A stretch of 58,015 nucleotides of DNA from Fervidobacterium sp. (GCA_049970055.1 JBMFNR010000005.1:1-58015), one strand, 5' to 3'; positions 39,303 through 50,064 are shown, numbered from the stretch's first letter. Notes: generated from the letters alone by a model not told the origin. A program made the numbers and translations.

Positions 39303-40169
39303 ATGACAAATACATCTGAACCACAAAATAGAATAATAGAAAAAAAACGTTTAACAAAAGGCGTTTATGAGTTTTGGATTTCAAATTCGTTTATAAGTAG
39401 GCGTGCTCAACCAGGACAATTTGTCATTATTAGGATAAATGATAAATCAGAACGTATACCATTAACAATTGCTCAGACAGATAAAAATAATTTCAGAATA
39501 GTTGTTAAGGCAGTTGGGAAATCTACTTACGAACTCTGCTCACTTGAAAAGGGTTTTGTTCTTAATGATGTAGTCGGTCCTCTCGGAAAATCAAGTGAGA
39601 TCAAATTCTATGGGAGAGTACTGGTTATCGGTGGTGGTGTGGGTATCGCTGCCGTATTACCTATTGCAAAGGCCTTGAAGGATGTGAAAAATAGATTATC
39701 CGTTATAATAGGTGCGCGAAGCAATGATGGATTAATCTTAAAAGATGAATTCGAATTTGCAGACAAAGTCATAGAAACAACGGATGATGGATCTTCTAAC
39801 TTCAAAGGTACAGTTATAGATGCAATGAAAGTCGAACTAGAAAGTGAAAAATACGATATCATATGGTCTATAGGGCCTGCTCCTATGATGAAATCGGCAA
39901 GTGAAATTGCAAAAAAATATAATTTACCAATATGGGTTTCGCTAAACTCGATAATGATAGACGGAACAGGCATGTGTGGAGGATGCAGAATTATTTTAAG
40001 AAATAGTGAAAAAGACGTGATAAAATACGTTTGCGTGGATGGTCCCGAATTTGATGGAAGATATGTTGATTGGGAAATTTTCATCAAGCGATTGAACCAA
40101 TATCGACAACAGGAGAAAATCGCACTTGAAAGGTATCTTCAACAAGTTGGTGATATCTCGTGGCTGTAA
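39303..40169 (+). CDS. nfnA: NADH-dependent reduced ferredoxin:NADP+ oxidoreductase small subunit
   Basis: PGQFVI..ERIPLT, GGGVG, GPAPMM, DGTGMCGGC..CVDGPEFDG 2Fe-2S motif; overlaps nfnB. Confidence 0.88.
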   Translation: MTNTSEPQNRIIEKKRLTKGVYEFWISNSFISRRAQPGQFVIIRINDKSERIPLTIAQTDKNNFRIVVKAVGKSTYELCSLEKGFVLNDVVGPLGKSSEIKFYGRVLVIGGGVGIAAVLPIAKALKDVKNRLSVIIGARSNDGLILKDEFEFADKVIETTDDGSSNFKGTVIDAMKVELESEKYDIIWSIGPAPMMKSASEIAKKYNLPIWVSLNSIMIDGTGMCGGCRIILRNSEKDVIKYVCVDGPEFDGRYVDWEIFIKRLNQYRQQEKIALERYLQQVGDISWL

Positions 40170-41542
40170 AAGAGAGAATTGAAGTTTTGGAACAAGATAC
40201 AAACGTTAGAAAAAAGAATTTTGAAGAAGTTTCCCTTGGATATACCCTTGAAATGGCAAAAGAGGAAGCGTCAAGATGTCTGCAGTGTAAAGTTCCAACG
40301 TGTGTGTCTGGATGTCCAGTTGGAATAGATATTCCGGGTTTCATAAAAGAAATAGTAAAGGGAAATTTGGAAAAATCTTATCATATTATCAAATCATACA
40401 ACTATTTACCCGCGATTTGTGGTAGGGTATGTCCTCAAGAAGTACAATGCGAAGGGGCATGTGTTCTAAACAAAATTGGTAAACCTATAAACATAGGAGC
40501 ACTAGAAAGATTTGTCGCTGACAGGGCCTTAAGCAATAAATTGGAAAACAATCTTAGTAGAACGGATAACAACAATTTTTCAAAGAAAGTCGCAATAATT
40601 GGATCAGGTCCTTCGGGACTAACTGTAGCTTCTGAACTTGGGAAAAAAGGTTATACGGTAGATGTATATGAGGCTCTTCATGAACTTGGTGGTGTTTTGG
40701 TGTACGGTATACCCGAATTTAGGCTACCAAAATCTATCGTACTGAGGGAGATCTCCAACCTTGAAAAACTTGGTGTAAGGTTTTTGAAAAATGTACCAGT
40801 TGGGTACGCTATCACTGTTAGGGAACTTTTGGAAAGTTATGATGCATTATTTATTGGTGTCGGAGCTGGTACACCAAAATTCATGGGTGTACCTGGCAGT
40901 GGTTTGAATGGTGTGTATTCGGCGAATGAGTTCTTAACTCGCGTTAATTTAATGAGAGCGTACAAATTCCCTGAATACGATACACCGATAAATGTTGGTG
41001 AAAAAGTTGTAATTGTTGGTGGTGGAAATACAGCGATGGATGCGGCAAGAAGTGCCCTAAGACTTGGTGCAGATGTAACCGTTGTTTATAGAAGAACTGA
41101 ATTAGAAATGCCAGCGAGAAAAGCGGAGATTAAACATGCAAAAGAAGAAGGAGTAAAATTCTTGACGTTGGCTACACCAGTTAGATACATAGGTGATGAA
41201 GATGGTAACCTAATAGCTATTGAATGTGTGAAAATGCAATTAGGTGAACCTGATGAGAGCGGAAGAAGAAAACCAGTACCTGTCGAAGGAAGCAATTTCA
41301 TAATAGAAGCGCAAACAGTTATTGAAGCTATAGGAACTGAAGCTAATAAATTTCTTTTGAGTCAATTTCCTGATCTAAAAACAAATAAATACGGGTATAT
41401 AATTACAAATGAATTTGGTCAAACAAGCATACCAAAGGTATTTGCAGGTGGAGATATAGTGACTGGTTCAGCAACAGTGATTCTTGCAATGGGAGCTGGC
41501 AAGAATGCTGCTCGTGGAATTCAGATGTTTCTTGAAAGTTAG
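40160..41542 (+). CDS. nfnB: NfnB / GltD-like large subunit (SudA-like)
   Basis: EASRCLQC..CVSGCPV, CGRVCPQEVQCEGAC, GSGPSG, YGIPEFRLPK, GGGNTAMD, FAGGD. Confidence 0.9.
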   Translation: MAVKERIEVLEQDTNVRKKNFEEVSLGYTLEMAKEEASRCLQCKVPTCVSGCPVGIDIPGFIKEIVKGNLEKSYHIIKSYNYLPAICGRVCPQEVQCEGACVLNKIGKPINIGALERFVADRALSNKLENNLSRTDNNNFSKKVAIIGSGPSGLTVASELGKKGYTVDVYEALHELGGVLVYGIPEFRLPKSIVLREISNLEKLGVRFLKNVPVGYAITVRELLESYDALFIGVGAGTPKFMGVPGSGLNGVYSANEFLTRVNLMRAYKFPEYDTPINVGEKVVIVGGGNTAMDAARSALRLGADVTVVYRRTELEMPARKAEIKHAKEEGVKFLTLATPVRYIGDEDGNLIAIECVKMQLGEPDESGRRKPVPVEGSNFIIEAQTVIEAIGTEANKFLLSQFPDLKTNKYGYIITNEFGQTSIPKVFAGGDIVTGSATVILAMGAGKNAARGIQMFLES

Positions 41543-41578
41543 TACGAGAAAGATCAAGGAATGGGGTTAGAATAGTTT

Positions 41579-41851
41579 ATGTTTTACATTGATCTGTTAG
41601 TATCACTGTTTGTGCTTTTAATACTTGTCACAATCGTTATTATAACTATACCAATCCAGAAAGAAATGTTAAGTGAAGCAATAAGGCAAGAAAAAGCGCA
41701 AATAATCGCAGAAAACATGTTTTGGGAAACGATAAACGACACTTCCCTTCAATATCTTCCTCAAAACTTTATGAAAGAGTTTGTTGTTGAAATTGATGGG
41801 AAAAATTATGTAGTTACGATAAATGCAGAAAAAATTGTCCGGCAAAAATGA
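41579..41851 (+). CDS. Small single-TM protein with pilin/pseudopilin-like N-terminus
   Basis: MFYIDLLVSLFVLLILVTIVII then AQIIAENMF helix and C-terminal beta strands. Confidence 0.6.
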   Translation: MFYIDLLVSLFVLLILVTIVIITIPIQKEMLSEAIRQEKAQIIAENMFWETINDTSLQYLPQNFMKEFVVEIDGKNYVVTINAEKIVRQK

Positions 41852-41852
41852 A

Positions 41853-41881
41853 ATGGACCCCAGGATAAACCTGGGGTTCAT
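41853..41881. terminator. Hairpin between convergent genes (possible bidirectional terminator)
   Basis: ACCCCAGG-ATAAA-CCTGGGGT, extendable with a G-U pair, where the + strand run meets the LacI gene. Confidence 0.65.
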
Positions 41882-42903
41882 TTACTGTGTTGACTGATAT
41901 TGATAACAGACTCTCTTTCAACAATCTTTGTAGGCAATATTATGTTTCTTGGCAGCCGTGCTTTTTTATCAAGTATCCTCTCTATTAGTAATTGTGCGGC
42001 AGTTGTGCCCATTTCCCACCTTGGTTGCATCACAGTCGTTAAGCGTGGGTTGGTATATTGAGAAAATGGCGCGTCATCAAACCCAATTATCGACACTTCA
42101 TCAGGTACTCTCACTCCGTGGTCTTTAAGGGCATCGATAGCACCTAATGCTGCCCAGTCGTTTACAGCAAATATTGCAGTGAAATTAAGTCCGTGTTTTT
42201 TTAAGTGCTGTGTTACACTTACCCAACCGTGCTCTGAATTGTATCCTCGGTGTTCGCCGAAAAATATATTCACCTCATTCTTGTTTACTATTTTTTCGAG
42301 AAATCTCCTCATACCCTTTTCCCTGTCAACGGCGGCAGGTGAAACTTCTGGACCAGGTATGAATAATATATTTCTGTGGCCGTGCTCATATAGATATCTA
42401 AGAGCTGCAAAACCACCACCAATGTTATCAACATTTATGACATCAAAATCTATCTCATCCACTCTGAAATCTATAAATACGATTGGTACACCACTTTTCT
42501 TAAATCGATCAATTAATCTTTGGCCACCAAATAACTCGCCGAGTATGATACCATCTACTTTGCGGCGAAAATACTGGTCAAGTATGTGCTCCTCGATATC
42601 AACCTCCCATTTTGGTAAGGCAAGTATTATGTCAAATTGCTTTCTATAAGCGTATTCTTCGATCGCCATTACGATATCACTATAGTGATAGCCACGTATG
42701 TCTGGCATTAGAACACCTACTGTGCGTAGTAACCTTCCTGTGCCCTCTTTAAATGAAAACGCAGGCTTATAATTCAATTTTTTTACCGCGGTTAACACTT
42801 TCTTTCTTGTCTCTTCTGAAACTCTGTCACTACCGTTCAATACCCTTGATACAGTGGCAATCGAAACATTGGCAAGTTTAGCCACTTCACGAATATTTGC
42901 CAC
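41878..42903 (-). CDS. LacI family transcriptional regulator
   Basis: NIREVAKLANVSIATVSRVLN, IFAVNDWAALG, PDEVSIIGFDD, LTTVMQP; GTG 42903 after GAGGTGA. Confidence 0.95.
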   Translation of the reverse strand: MANIREVAKLANVSIATVSRVLNGSDRVSEETRKKVLTAVKKLNYKPAFSFKEGTGRLLRTVGVLMPDIRGYHYSDIVMAIEEYAYRKQFDIILALPKWEVDIEEHILDQYFRRKVDGIILGELFGGQRLIDRFKKSGVPIVFIDFRVDEIDFDVINVDNIGGGFAALRYLYEHGHRNILFIPGPEVSPAAVDREKGMRRFLEKIVNKNEVNIFFGEHRGYNSEHGWVSVTQHLKKHGLNFTAIFAVNDWAALGAIDALKDHGVRVPDEVSIIGFDDAPFSQYTNPRLTTVMQPRWEMGTTAAQLLIERILDKKARLPRNIILPTKIVERESVINISQHSK

Positions 42904-42938
42904 GCACAAATCACCTCTTTCAACCATTTTTGCAATTT

Positions 42939-43793
42939 TCAATCATTTCCTTGTAGTTTGTAAACTCTTACGTAATCAACGTACATCTTTACTGGGAAAG
43001 GTGTTGTGTAATCTGGATAGCCGGGCCAATTTCCTCCCACCGCAAGGTTCAATATTATAAAGAACGGGTTATCGAAAACCCAAACTTTCCCTTTTGACTC
43101 GATAGAAGATCTATAAACAGCATGATAAATAACATTGTCTACGTACCATATTAGTTTGTCCTCATCCCAAACAACACCAAAAATGTGAAAATCGTCTACG
43201 AAAGATGGTTGGGTCGTTATATCGAGCATGTACCTTCCGCCGATACCATATGTTCCGCTGTATCCAGGACCATGCAATGTACCGTAAACGGTTTTTTTGT
43301 CATGACCTAAAAATTCAACAATATCTATTTCACCGCACATGGGCCATCCTACATATCTGAAATTTTCACCAAGCATCCAGAACGCTGGCCACAGACCTTT
43401 TCCATATGGAAATTTAATCCTCGCTTCTATCTTTCCGTATTGGACGGTAAATTTATTCTCCGTTGTCATACGGGTTGATGTATATTGATAGGTTCCCTTA
43501 GAATCCTTTACTATTTCTTTCCTTGCTTCTATAACGAGCATCCCATTTTCTATCCACGCGTTCTTTCCATCCGTATAGTATTGCCATTCATTGTTCCCCC
43601 AACCGTTATTGTTTCCAATTTGAAAATTCCATTTCGATCTATCAATTGTTTTTCCGTCAAATTCATCAGACCAAACAAGCTTCCATCTGGGATCGTTTAA
43701 CAAATTGTATTCCTCCTTTGTGAAAGAACATCCAACTGTGCTGATAAATAACAAAATAAGAGACACCATTATTAAATACCACTTACTTTTCAT
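42939..43793 (-). CDS. GH16 endo-1,3-beta-glucanase (laminarinase), lipoprotein
   Basis: Lipobox TVGC; WSDEFDG, GWGNNEWQYY, LWPAFWMLG, catalytic GEIDIVE, ILNLAVGGNWPG, VDYVRVY. Confidence 0.95.
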   Translation of the reverse strand: MKSKWYLIMVSLILLFISTVGCSFTKEEYNLLNDPRWKLVWSDEFDGKTIDRSKWNFQIGNNNGWGNNEWQYYTDGKNAWIENGMLVIEARKEIVKDSKGTYQYTSTRMTTENKFTVQYGKIEARIKFPYGKGLWPAFWMLGENFRYVGWPMCGEIDIVEFLGHDKKTVYGTLHGPGYSGTYGIGGRYMLDITTQPSFVDDFHIFGVVWDEDKLIWYVDNVIYHAVYRSSIESKGKVWVFDNPFFIILNLAVGGNWPGYPDYTTPFPVKMYVDYVRVYKLQGND

Positions 43794-43839
43794 GCTAACC
43801 ACCTCGTCTTAACCTTTCTAACTTCATTTGTCCGATACA

Positions 43840-45999
43840 TTAGTATCTTATGGTAATTTTTTGAAATAATCTAATATCTCTTGATGAGGCCCCAACTCTT
43901 ACCTCGTAATCTCCCTCTTCAACTACCCATGAGTTTCCATCAAATGAAGCCAAGTCTGATACAGTCAATTTAACAACTATATGTTGAAGTTCACCAGGAT
44001 TCAGTAGTTTCGTTTTCTCAAATGCTTTCAGTTCTTGGTAAGGTTTATCTATCCTTACTCTTGGGGCTCGCACATAAATTTGGGCAACTTCTTTTCCCGG
44101 CATTTTTCCAATATTTTTCACATAGAATTCAATAATTAATTTTGACCCATCTCGTCTCACTGAAAGGTTAGAATACTCAAAGTTTGTATATGAAAGCCCA
44201 TATCCGAACTCATAAGAAGGTTCTACTCTGAATGTGTCGTAATATCGGTAGCCAACGTAAATTCCTTCATCGTAAATAACAACTTCTGGGTTTTCTATTG
44301 GCTCACCAGGGAACGAACGTGATGGTACGTCTTTATAATCTTTTGGGAATGTTGTCGGTAATTTACCAGATGGATTTACTAAACCTACTAAAACATCTGC
44401 AAGAATTCTTCCAGCTTCTTGACCAGGTTGCCAAATGAGTAGAATTCCATCGCATAAATCTTTCCAGCTTTCAATTTCTATAGGAGATCCGATATTGAGC
44501 ACTACAACTATCTTTTTCCCAAATTTTCTGAAATTTTCAGAAACGTTTTTCAGAAGCTCCAGTTCATCATCTGAAAGATAAAAATCTCCTTTTTGTACTT
44601 TTCTGTCGTATCCTTCACCGGATATTCGAGTTATGATAACAATTCCTACTTCATTCTTTCTTGCGATATCCTCGATTTGAACATTATCTATGATATTCTC
44701 TGGAAGTTTTGGTTTTACATCTTCTCCCCAGTTCCCTTTTGTGACTTTGTAATCACCACTTCTCAATTCTTCAATCTTTTTTCTATAAAAATCCGCCAAT
44801 TTAACATCTACGTTTAAACCTCTTTCAAACAATCCATCTAAGAAGTTAATCGTGTAGGGAGGATATGTTTCGCCGCTTCCAGTACCACCACGTACTGTCT
44901 CTATCTGACCTATCCCAAAAAGTGCTATCGGTGTATTTTTTGAGAACGGCAGTACATCATTGTTCTTTAACAATACAACTCCTTCACAGCCTGCCTCGTA
45001 AGACACCTCTGCATGTTTTTCCAAATCAGGAGCATTTGAATAATTGTACTTCCTAAATCCTGGTGTCCTTATCAAAATATTCAATATGTTCCTTATTCTT
45101 TCATTTATTTCTTCTTCGGTTAGTTCACCTCTCTCAACAGCTTCTCTAATATCATCTCGTTCATCTTTTTTCCTAAGGTGAGGTACGACCTGGTAAGATT
45201 TACCAGGCATTATGAGATCATTTCCAGCTTTTAGTTGATTTGCAGCATTATCACCGGCGAACCAATCAGTCATAACAAACCCGTCAAATTGCCACTCGTC
45301 CCTTAATACCTTCATGAGTAACCATCTATTTTGTGACGTGTAATATCCGTTTAACTTGTTGTAAGAACTCATTACTGTCCACGGTTTTGCCTTCTTTATC
45401 GCCATCTCAAATGGTTTAAGGTATATTTCTCTCAGTGCTCTTTCAGAGACAATAGTGTCTACAGTCATTCTATTTGTTTCCTGTTCGTTTGCAACAAAAT
45501 GCTTAACACAAGCTCCTACACCTTGAGATTGCACTCCTTCTACAAAGCTTGCTGCCATTTCTCCAGTTAATACGGGATCTTCTGAATAATATTCAAAATT
45601 CCTGCCACAAAGCGGGTTTCTGTGAATATTAATAGCAGGTGCAAGTAAAATATCTACACCATATTCCCTAACTTCTTCTCCCATTGCTTCGCCAACTTTA
45701 CGAATCATCTCTCTATTCCATGTCGAAGCAAGCATTGTTTCCACAGGGAAAGCTGTAGCATGGTATTTTTTACTATCACCCTCTCTTTCAGGGTATATCC
45801 TCAACCCGGCAGGTCCATCGGCAAGAACAGTCCTTGGAATCCCAAGCCTTGGTATTTCAAAAGTTTCACCGGCAGCGCCACTCACCTTTGGTTTTGGATT
45901 GTCGAAGATACCGAGTACTCCTACACCAACTACAAAGTTGATTTTTTCTTCCATCGTCATTTTACTTATGATGTCTTCAATGTTAAAAGCTTCGGCCAT
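43840..45999 (-). CDS. bglB: GH3 beta-glucosidase
   Basis: ADGPAGLR, RNPLCGRNFEYYSEDP, KHFVAN, VMTDW nucleophile motif, NPSGKLP, FGYGLSYT, C-terminal FN3-like domain; no signal peptide. Confidence 0.94.
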   Translation of the reverse strand: MAEAFNIEDIISKMTMEEKINFVVGVGVLGIFDNPKPKVSGAAGETFEIPRLGIPRTVLADGPAGLRIYPEREGDSKKYHATAFPVETMLASTWNREMIRKVGEAMGEEVREYGVDILLAPAINIHRNPLCGRNFEYYSEDPVLTGEMAASFVEGVQSQGVGACVKHFVANEQETNRMTVDTIVSERALREIYLKPFEMAIKKAKPWTVMSSYNKLNGYYTSQNRWLLMKVLRDEWQFDGFVMTDWFAGDNAANQLKAGNDLIMPGKSYQVVPHLRKKDERDDIREAVERGELTEEEINERIRNILNILIRTPGFRKYNYSNAPDLEKHAEVSYEAGCEGVVLLKNNDVLPFSKNTPIALFGIGQIETVRGGTGSGETYPPYTINFLDGLFERGLNVDVKLADFYRKKIEELRSGDYKVTKGNWGEDVKPKLPENIIDNVQIEDIARKNEVGIVIITRISGEGYDRKVQKGDFYLSDDELELLKNVSENFRKFGKKIVVVLNIGSPIEIESWKDLCDGILLIWQPGQEAGRILADVLVGLVNPSGKLPTTFPKDYKDVPSRSFPGEPIENPEVVIYDEGIYVGYRYYDTFRVEPSYEFGYGLSYTNFEYSNLSVRRDGSKLIIEFYVKNIGKMPGKEVAQIYVRAPRVRIDKPYQELKAFEKTKLLNPGELQHIVVKLTVSDLASFDGNSWVVEEGDYEVRVGASSRDIRLFQKITIRY

Positions 46000-46034
46000 A
46001 TAAACTCTCTCCCTCCGTTGTATAATTTGTATTT

Positions 46035-46943
46035 TTATTCACCAGTAATTCCTGTTCTTTCAAGGCTTTCCACAAACTGACGTTGCAAAATCAAGTATGT
46101 TATCAATAAAGGAAGAATTGTTATAAGTGTTGCCGACATTCTTATTCCTTCATTTATCCTATTTGCAGCGCTTCCATCTGCCGTTGGGAACATGACTGCG
46201 TATCTTGCAACAAAATCGCGTAGTGCAATTGGTATTGTTTTTATATTATTTCCAAGTAGCAATCCAGTCAAGAGCGTTTCATTCCAGTACCAGACTAATG
46301 AAAAGATGAATGTTGTAACAATAGCCGGAATAGAGAGTGGAAAAACAATTTTGTAGAAAATTTGAAAAGAATTTGCACCATCTAACTCCGCAGCTTCATC
46401 AAATGTTTTTGGAAGCATGTTGAAAAAGTTGTAGTAGAGAAGAATAAAGATGGCACTTCTTATTCCCTGACCAGTTAAAGCAGGGAGAAAACTTACGAAC
46501 GGTGTTCCTGTAAGGTTCAATCTACTAAAGAGCATATATTTGGTAACAAGTGTTACTTGCGAAGGTACTAAAAATGTAGCAAGCATTAAAAATATCCATA
46601 ATCTTTTCAGTGGAAACTCAAACCTTGAAAGACCATATGCAATAAGCGCAGTTACAAAAGTTTGTAGCAAAGCAGGTATAGAAGACATATAAACACTATT
46701 GAGCAAAGATTTTGCCGCATCAAGTACTTTCCAGGCCTTTGAAAAGTTTTCAAAAGTTAACTTTGTAGGAACCCAATTCACTGTTGGGTTTACCAGATCC
46801 TCGACACTCATGAAAGATGTAGTTATCATATACAACAATGGATAGAGATAAGCATAACCAATGCCAATGAGTAGGAAATATATAACAAATTTTACAGAAG
46901 GCCACTTAAGGTGCTTATAATAAGAAAAGTGAAATTTTTTCAT
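46035..46943 (-). CDS. Carbohydrate ABC permease (MalG-like)
   Basis: EAA loop DEAAELDGA, FSLVWYWNE. Confidence 0.93.
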   Translation of the reverse strand: MKKFHFSYYKHLKWPSVKFVIYFLLIGIGYAYLYPLLYMITTSFMSVEDLVNPTVNWVPTKLTFENFSKAWKVLDAAKSLLNSVYMSSIPALLQTFVTALIAYGLSRFEFPLKRLWIFLMLATFLVPSQVTLVTKYMLFSRLNLTGTPFVSFLPALTGQGIRSAIFILLYYNFFNMLPKTFDEAAELDGANSFQIFYKIVFPLSIPAIVTTFIFSLVWYWNETLLTGLLLGNNIKTIPIALRDFVARYAVMFPTADGSAANRINEGIRMSATLITILPLLITYLILQRQFVESLERTGITGE

Positions 46944-47794
46944 ATTTTATTCCTCCTTTCTCTTAACGATAGGAATGCAATTAGTATGATCAGCATCACT
47001 GCAATAAAGTAAATCCACGATAACGCCGAAGAATAAGAGTATGGCTTATCTATATCAAACATTCGCTGCGTAATACTTGTGTTTACTGGATTATTTGCAA
47101 ATGACGCCAAGTCAACTATTGTGTAAATCGCATTGACTAACAAAAATGGCCTTACTAAAGGTAGTGTTATCTTCCAGAATATCACCCAGCTATTTGCTCC
47201 ATCGATCTTTGCTGCTTCATAAATGCTGCTGCTGATCTTTTGCAAACCTGCTAGGAAAAATAATATTTGAACACCTGAAAACCACAGTATTAAAACTAAA
47301 TTGTTAAACATATAGATGAATGGATAGCTTATGGTATTAGGTAATTGTAGAAAAAAGTTGTAAATGAAGTACCTTCTTGGATCCACTATTTGAGCAGCAT
47401 TGTTAGAAACGAGTTCTGAAATTACAGGACCGCTTATTATAACAACTGGTAAGAAGTACAGCAATCTGAAAAAAGCTCGTGCACGGAGTTTGTTATTGAG
47501 TAGTATAGCTATGATTAATGAAAAAACCAGAATTAGAGGAGTTGATAGTACTATGTTGAGAACAGTATTCCAAAAGTTTATAGGAAACGCAGGATCTGTT
47601 CTAAATGCGTAAATATAGTATTTTAAGCCTACAAACGTCGCTTTAATACCTTCAACCGTAAAATTTACATTGAAAAAGCTCAAATACAGAGAATAAAAGA
47701 AAGGAAATGCCGTAAAAATAAGAAAACCAGCTATCCACGGAGATATGTACATGTAACCAGATATCGCATTTCTTGTTTTTCTTGTCATTTTCAT
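46940..47794 (-). CDS. Carbohydrate ABC permease (MalF-like)
   Basis: ISPWIAGF, FLAGLQKI, YEAAKIDGA, ITLP. Confidence 0.93.
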   Translation of the reverse strand: MKMTRKTRNAISGYMYISPWIAGFLIFTAFPFFYSLYLSFFNVNFTVEGIKATFVGLKYYIYAFRTDPAFPINFWNTVLNIVLSTPLILVFSLIIAILLNNKLRARAFFRLLYFLPVVIISGPVISELVSNNAAQIVDPRRYFIYNFFLQLPNTISYPFIYMFNNLVLILWFSGVQILFFLAGLQKISSSIYEAAKIDGANSWVIFWKITLPLVRPFLLVNAIYTIVDLASFANNPVNTSITQRMFDIDKPYSYSSALSWIYFIAVMLIILIAFLSLRERRNKI

Positions 47795-50064
47795 ATCTCA
47801 CCAGCTCCATTTGAATCTCTCTTGGACTTTATAACTAACCATGACTTAGGTTTTACGATGTAATTATCAATTTTATAAGATTCGTCTGTATAATTTACTA
47901 CTATAGACACATCGTTTTCATAAGTAACACGCACAACACCGGGTTCTAAAACTATCCTATCCACTATCGCGTAACCTCTGATGTCTTTCAGTGCGCTATT
48001 TACTTCGTTATAAACGTCGATAATCTTTCTTTTCCAATCATTAAATTTCGTTGATGGGTAATCCCAAAGGGGTGTTTTCTTTAATCTGTAATTATCAAGC
48101 CAAGTGAGGATGAAAGATGGTAGAGCACCGTACTCTATGGATTTCAGTATGTCACTTCTTGAGAAAAAGCTGTTGTTCACATACGGTGCGTAATAATCAA
48201 TAATACCACTTAGAACAATCTGTAAAAATGGTACCGTATCACTTTCGAAAAGATATTGACTGTTGTTCATAGGTATTTCAAGAAATCCTTTCGTATACTG
48301 CCAAGCGTAATCGTTTGGTGTGTACAGGTATAATTTGTTATCCTGTGAAATACTCTTTAGTACATTTTTCACCAGTTCTAGAGCTTCCGATCTTACAAAT
48401 TCGCTGTTGTATTTTAAATCACCATAAAGCTTAGTTGCATACTCTCTTATAGCTACGTTATTAATACCTTTCGAGTTTAGTGATTTTATTTTTTGTTCTA
48501 GATATTTACTTGAAAGTTTTATGTTGGTGTAATAGGAACGATACAGCCACAAATCTTTATTATCCCTGTCTTCATAGATGATTGACTGCGATAAGTTTGT
48601 TCCAACTTCCTTTTTTAAGTTTACCTGCTTTTCGGTGACCTTTGTTACATTATCAACTAAGAACACATCATACCCGAATTTTCTTGCATACTGTATGAAT
48701 TCCAGTAAAGCTTTTTCACCGCCTACTTTTTTCTCAAACCGTATTTTGTCAATCTTATTTCCATGCATTCCTCCCGATTGCCATCCTTCTAACATTATTT
48801 TTGCATTCTTTACTCCTGAATTTTTAAGTTCTGTTATGATTTCCTTCATCTGCTCATATGTAGTGATCGCAATATTTCCGTACCCAATCACCTTCTTTTC
48901 TATGTCTGAAGCTATGATAGTTATCACTATTGGAGTATTACTTTCGATCTCTACGTTCCTTTGTAGCCCTTTCAGGTAATTTCTTTTGTAGTACTTTGCC
49001 ATGCCAACGTAATCAGCATCATTGCCCTGTAAAAAATTGATCTCGAGTTGTGCGTCAAATTTATTCATATCTTTTTGTGCAACTTGTATTCCTGCTCCAC
49101 TCCTACTAGTGGGTTGTAAGTATTTCTGCCTGTATACGAATTTTGCCGATGCCCAGTTGTATTGACTAAGTATACCACTTGGGTAAGCTATTATCGAGGA
49201 ATACTCTTTTCCGGCAGTTACAACACCAAAGATCGCGTTGTTTTTTATTCCATGTGATATTCCAAATACTGGTGTAAGCACTGTCGGCTCGTCCCTAAGA
49301 AAATCGTTAGGTCTTCTGGAACGCAAATCGTTAACGGAAGCCAAGTTCTCAATGCTATAGTCTTTCCCATACGTTCTCTTCTCAAACCAGTTGAGATAAT
49401 GAGCAGGTTTTGAGAACCTAATCAACGCTCCTGGCCCATCTGGAATAAATATATATCCGTATATTTCATCAGCCACAACACTTCCAAAAAAAGGTGAAAA
49501 TACTACCGAAGCAAGCGTGAATTTACCAGTTTCCTTTATACTTTCTTCTTTTAGTGAATATATAAGTGTTTCATTTTTTAAAGTAACTGAGACACTCAAA
49601 GTGATGTCAATAGGTTTAAAATAGAATTTGTACGTGAATCCTTTTTGACCTTTTGAAAACCATCGCATGACTTGTTGATCAGCACTTCCCATTACATTTG
49701 ATATACCGCGCTCATCGAAATACTCGATCATTACCAATGATTTTGCAATTGATTTCCAAGTATCATTCATCTCATTGTAAGCTTGCGTATTTTCAATTAC
49801 ATCTCCCCAGATATATCCATTCCTTTTATCTAGGACGCGAATAGAAGAGCTTTCTAAGTTCACATAAAGTGCAAGGTATTCACTCTCCGCTATCTTGGTA
49901 TATCCATCTAATAAAAAGTGAGATGTAACGATTACGGGTCTATCTGGTTTTGAGAATCTATTAGACAAAAATTCGTTACCTATACCTTGGGAAAAAAGCA
50001 AAACATTTACTGCGATAACTAATAATGCTCCGATGAATGTTTTCTTATCTAATATTCCTAACAC
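47791..50064 (-). CDS. Large exported protein, DUF5696-like
   Basis: Signal peptide; GYIFIPDGPGALI, PVFG, DYVGMA, GW..GG, VPFLQIVLSG, VTYENDVSIVVNY. Confidence 0.7.
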   Translation of the reverse strand: MLGILDKKTFIGALLVIAVNVLLFSQGIGNEFLSNRFSKPDRPVIVTSHFLLDGYTKIAESEYLALYVNLESSSIRVLDKRNGYIWGDVIENTQAYNEMNDTWKSIAKSLVMIEYFDERGISNVMGSADQQVMRWFSKGQKGFTYKFYFKPIDITLSVSVTLKNETLIYSLKEESIKETGKFTLASVVFSPFFGSVVADEIYGYIFIPDGPGALIRFSKPAHYLNWFEKRTYGKDYSIENLASVNDLRSRRPNDFLRDEPTVLTPVFGISHGIKNNAIFGVVTAGKEYSSIIAYPSGILSQYNWASAKFVYRQKYLQPTSRSGAGIQVAQKDMNKFDAQLEINFLQGNDADYVGMAKYYKRNYLKGLQRNVEIESNTPIVITIIASDIEKKVIGYGNIAITTYEQMKEIITELKNSGVKNAKIMLEGWQSGGMHGNKIDKIRFEKKVGGEKALLEFIQYARKFGYDVFLVDNVTKVTEKQVNLKKEVGTNLSQSIIYEDRDNKDLWLYRSYYTNIKLSSKYLEQKIKSLNSKGINNVAIREYATKLYGDLKYNSEFVRSEALELVKNVLKSISQDNKLYLYTPNDYAWQYTKGFLEIPMNNSQYLFESDTVPFLQIVLSGIIDYYAPYVNNSFFSRSDILKSIEYGALPSFILTWLDNYRLKKTPLWDYPSTKFNDWKRKIIDVYNEVNSALKDIRGYAIVDRIVLEPGVVRVTYENDVSIVVNYTDESYKIDNYIVKPKSWLVIKSKRDSNGAGEI

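Noticed and set aside
40160..41542. Glutamate synthase small subunit (gltD) call
   Set aside because: Coupled to an NfnA-type gene with no gltB present, so NfnAB fits better
41878..42903. Naming the regulator bglR or ccpA
   Set aside because: Only LacI family membership is supported; Thermotoga BglR is, as I recall, ROK family
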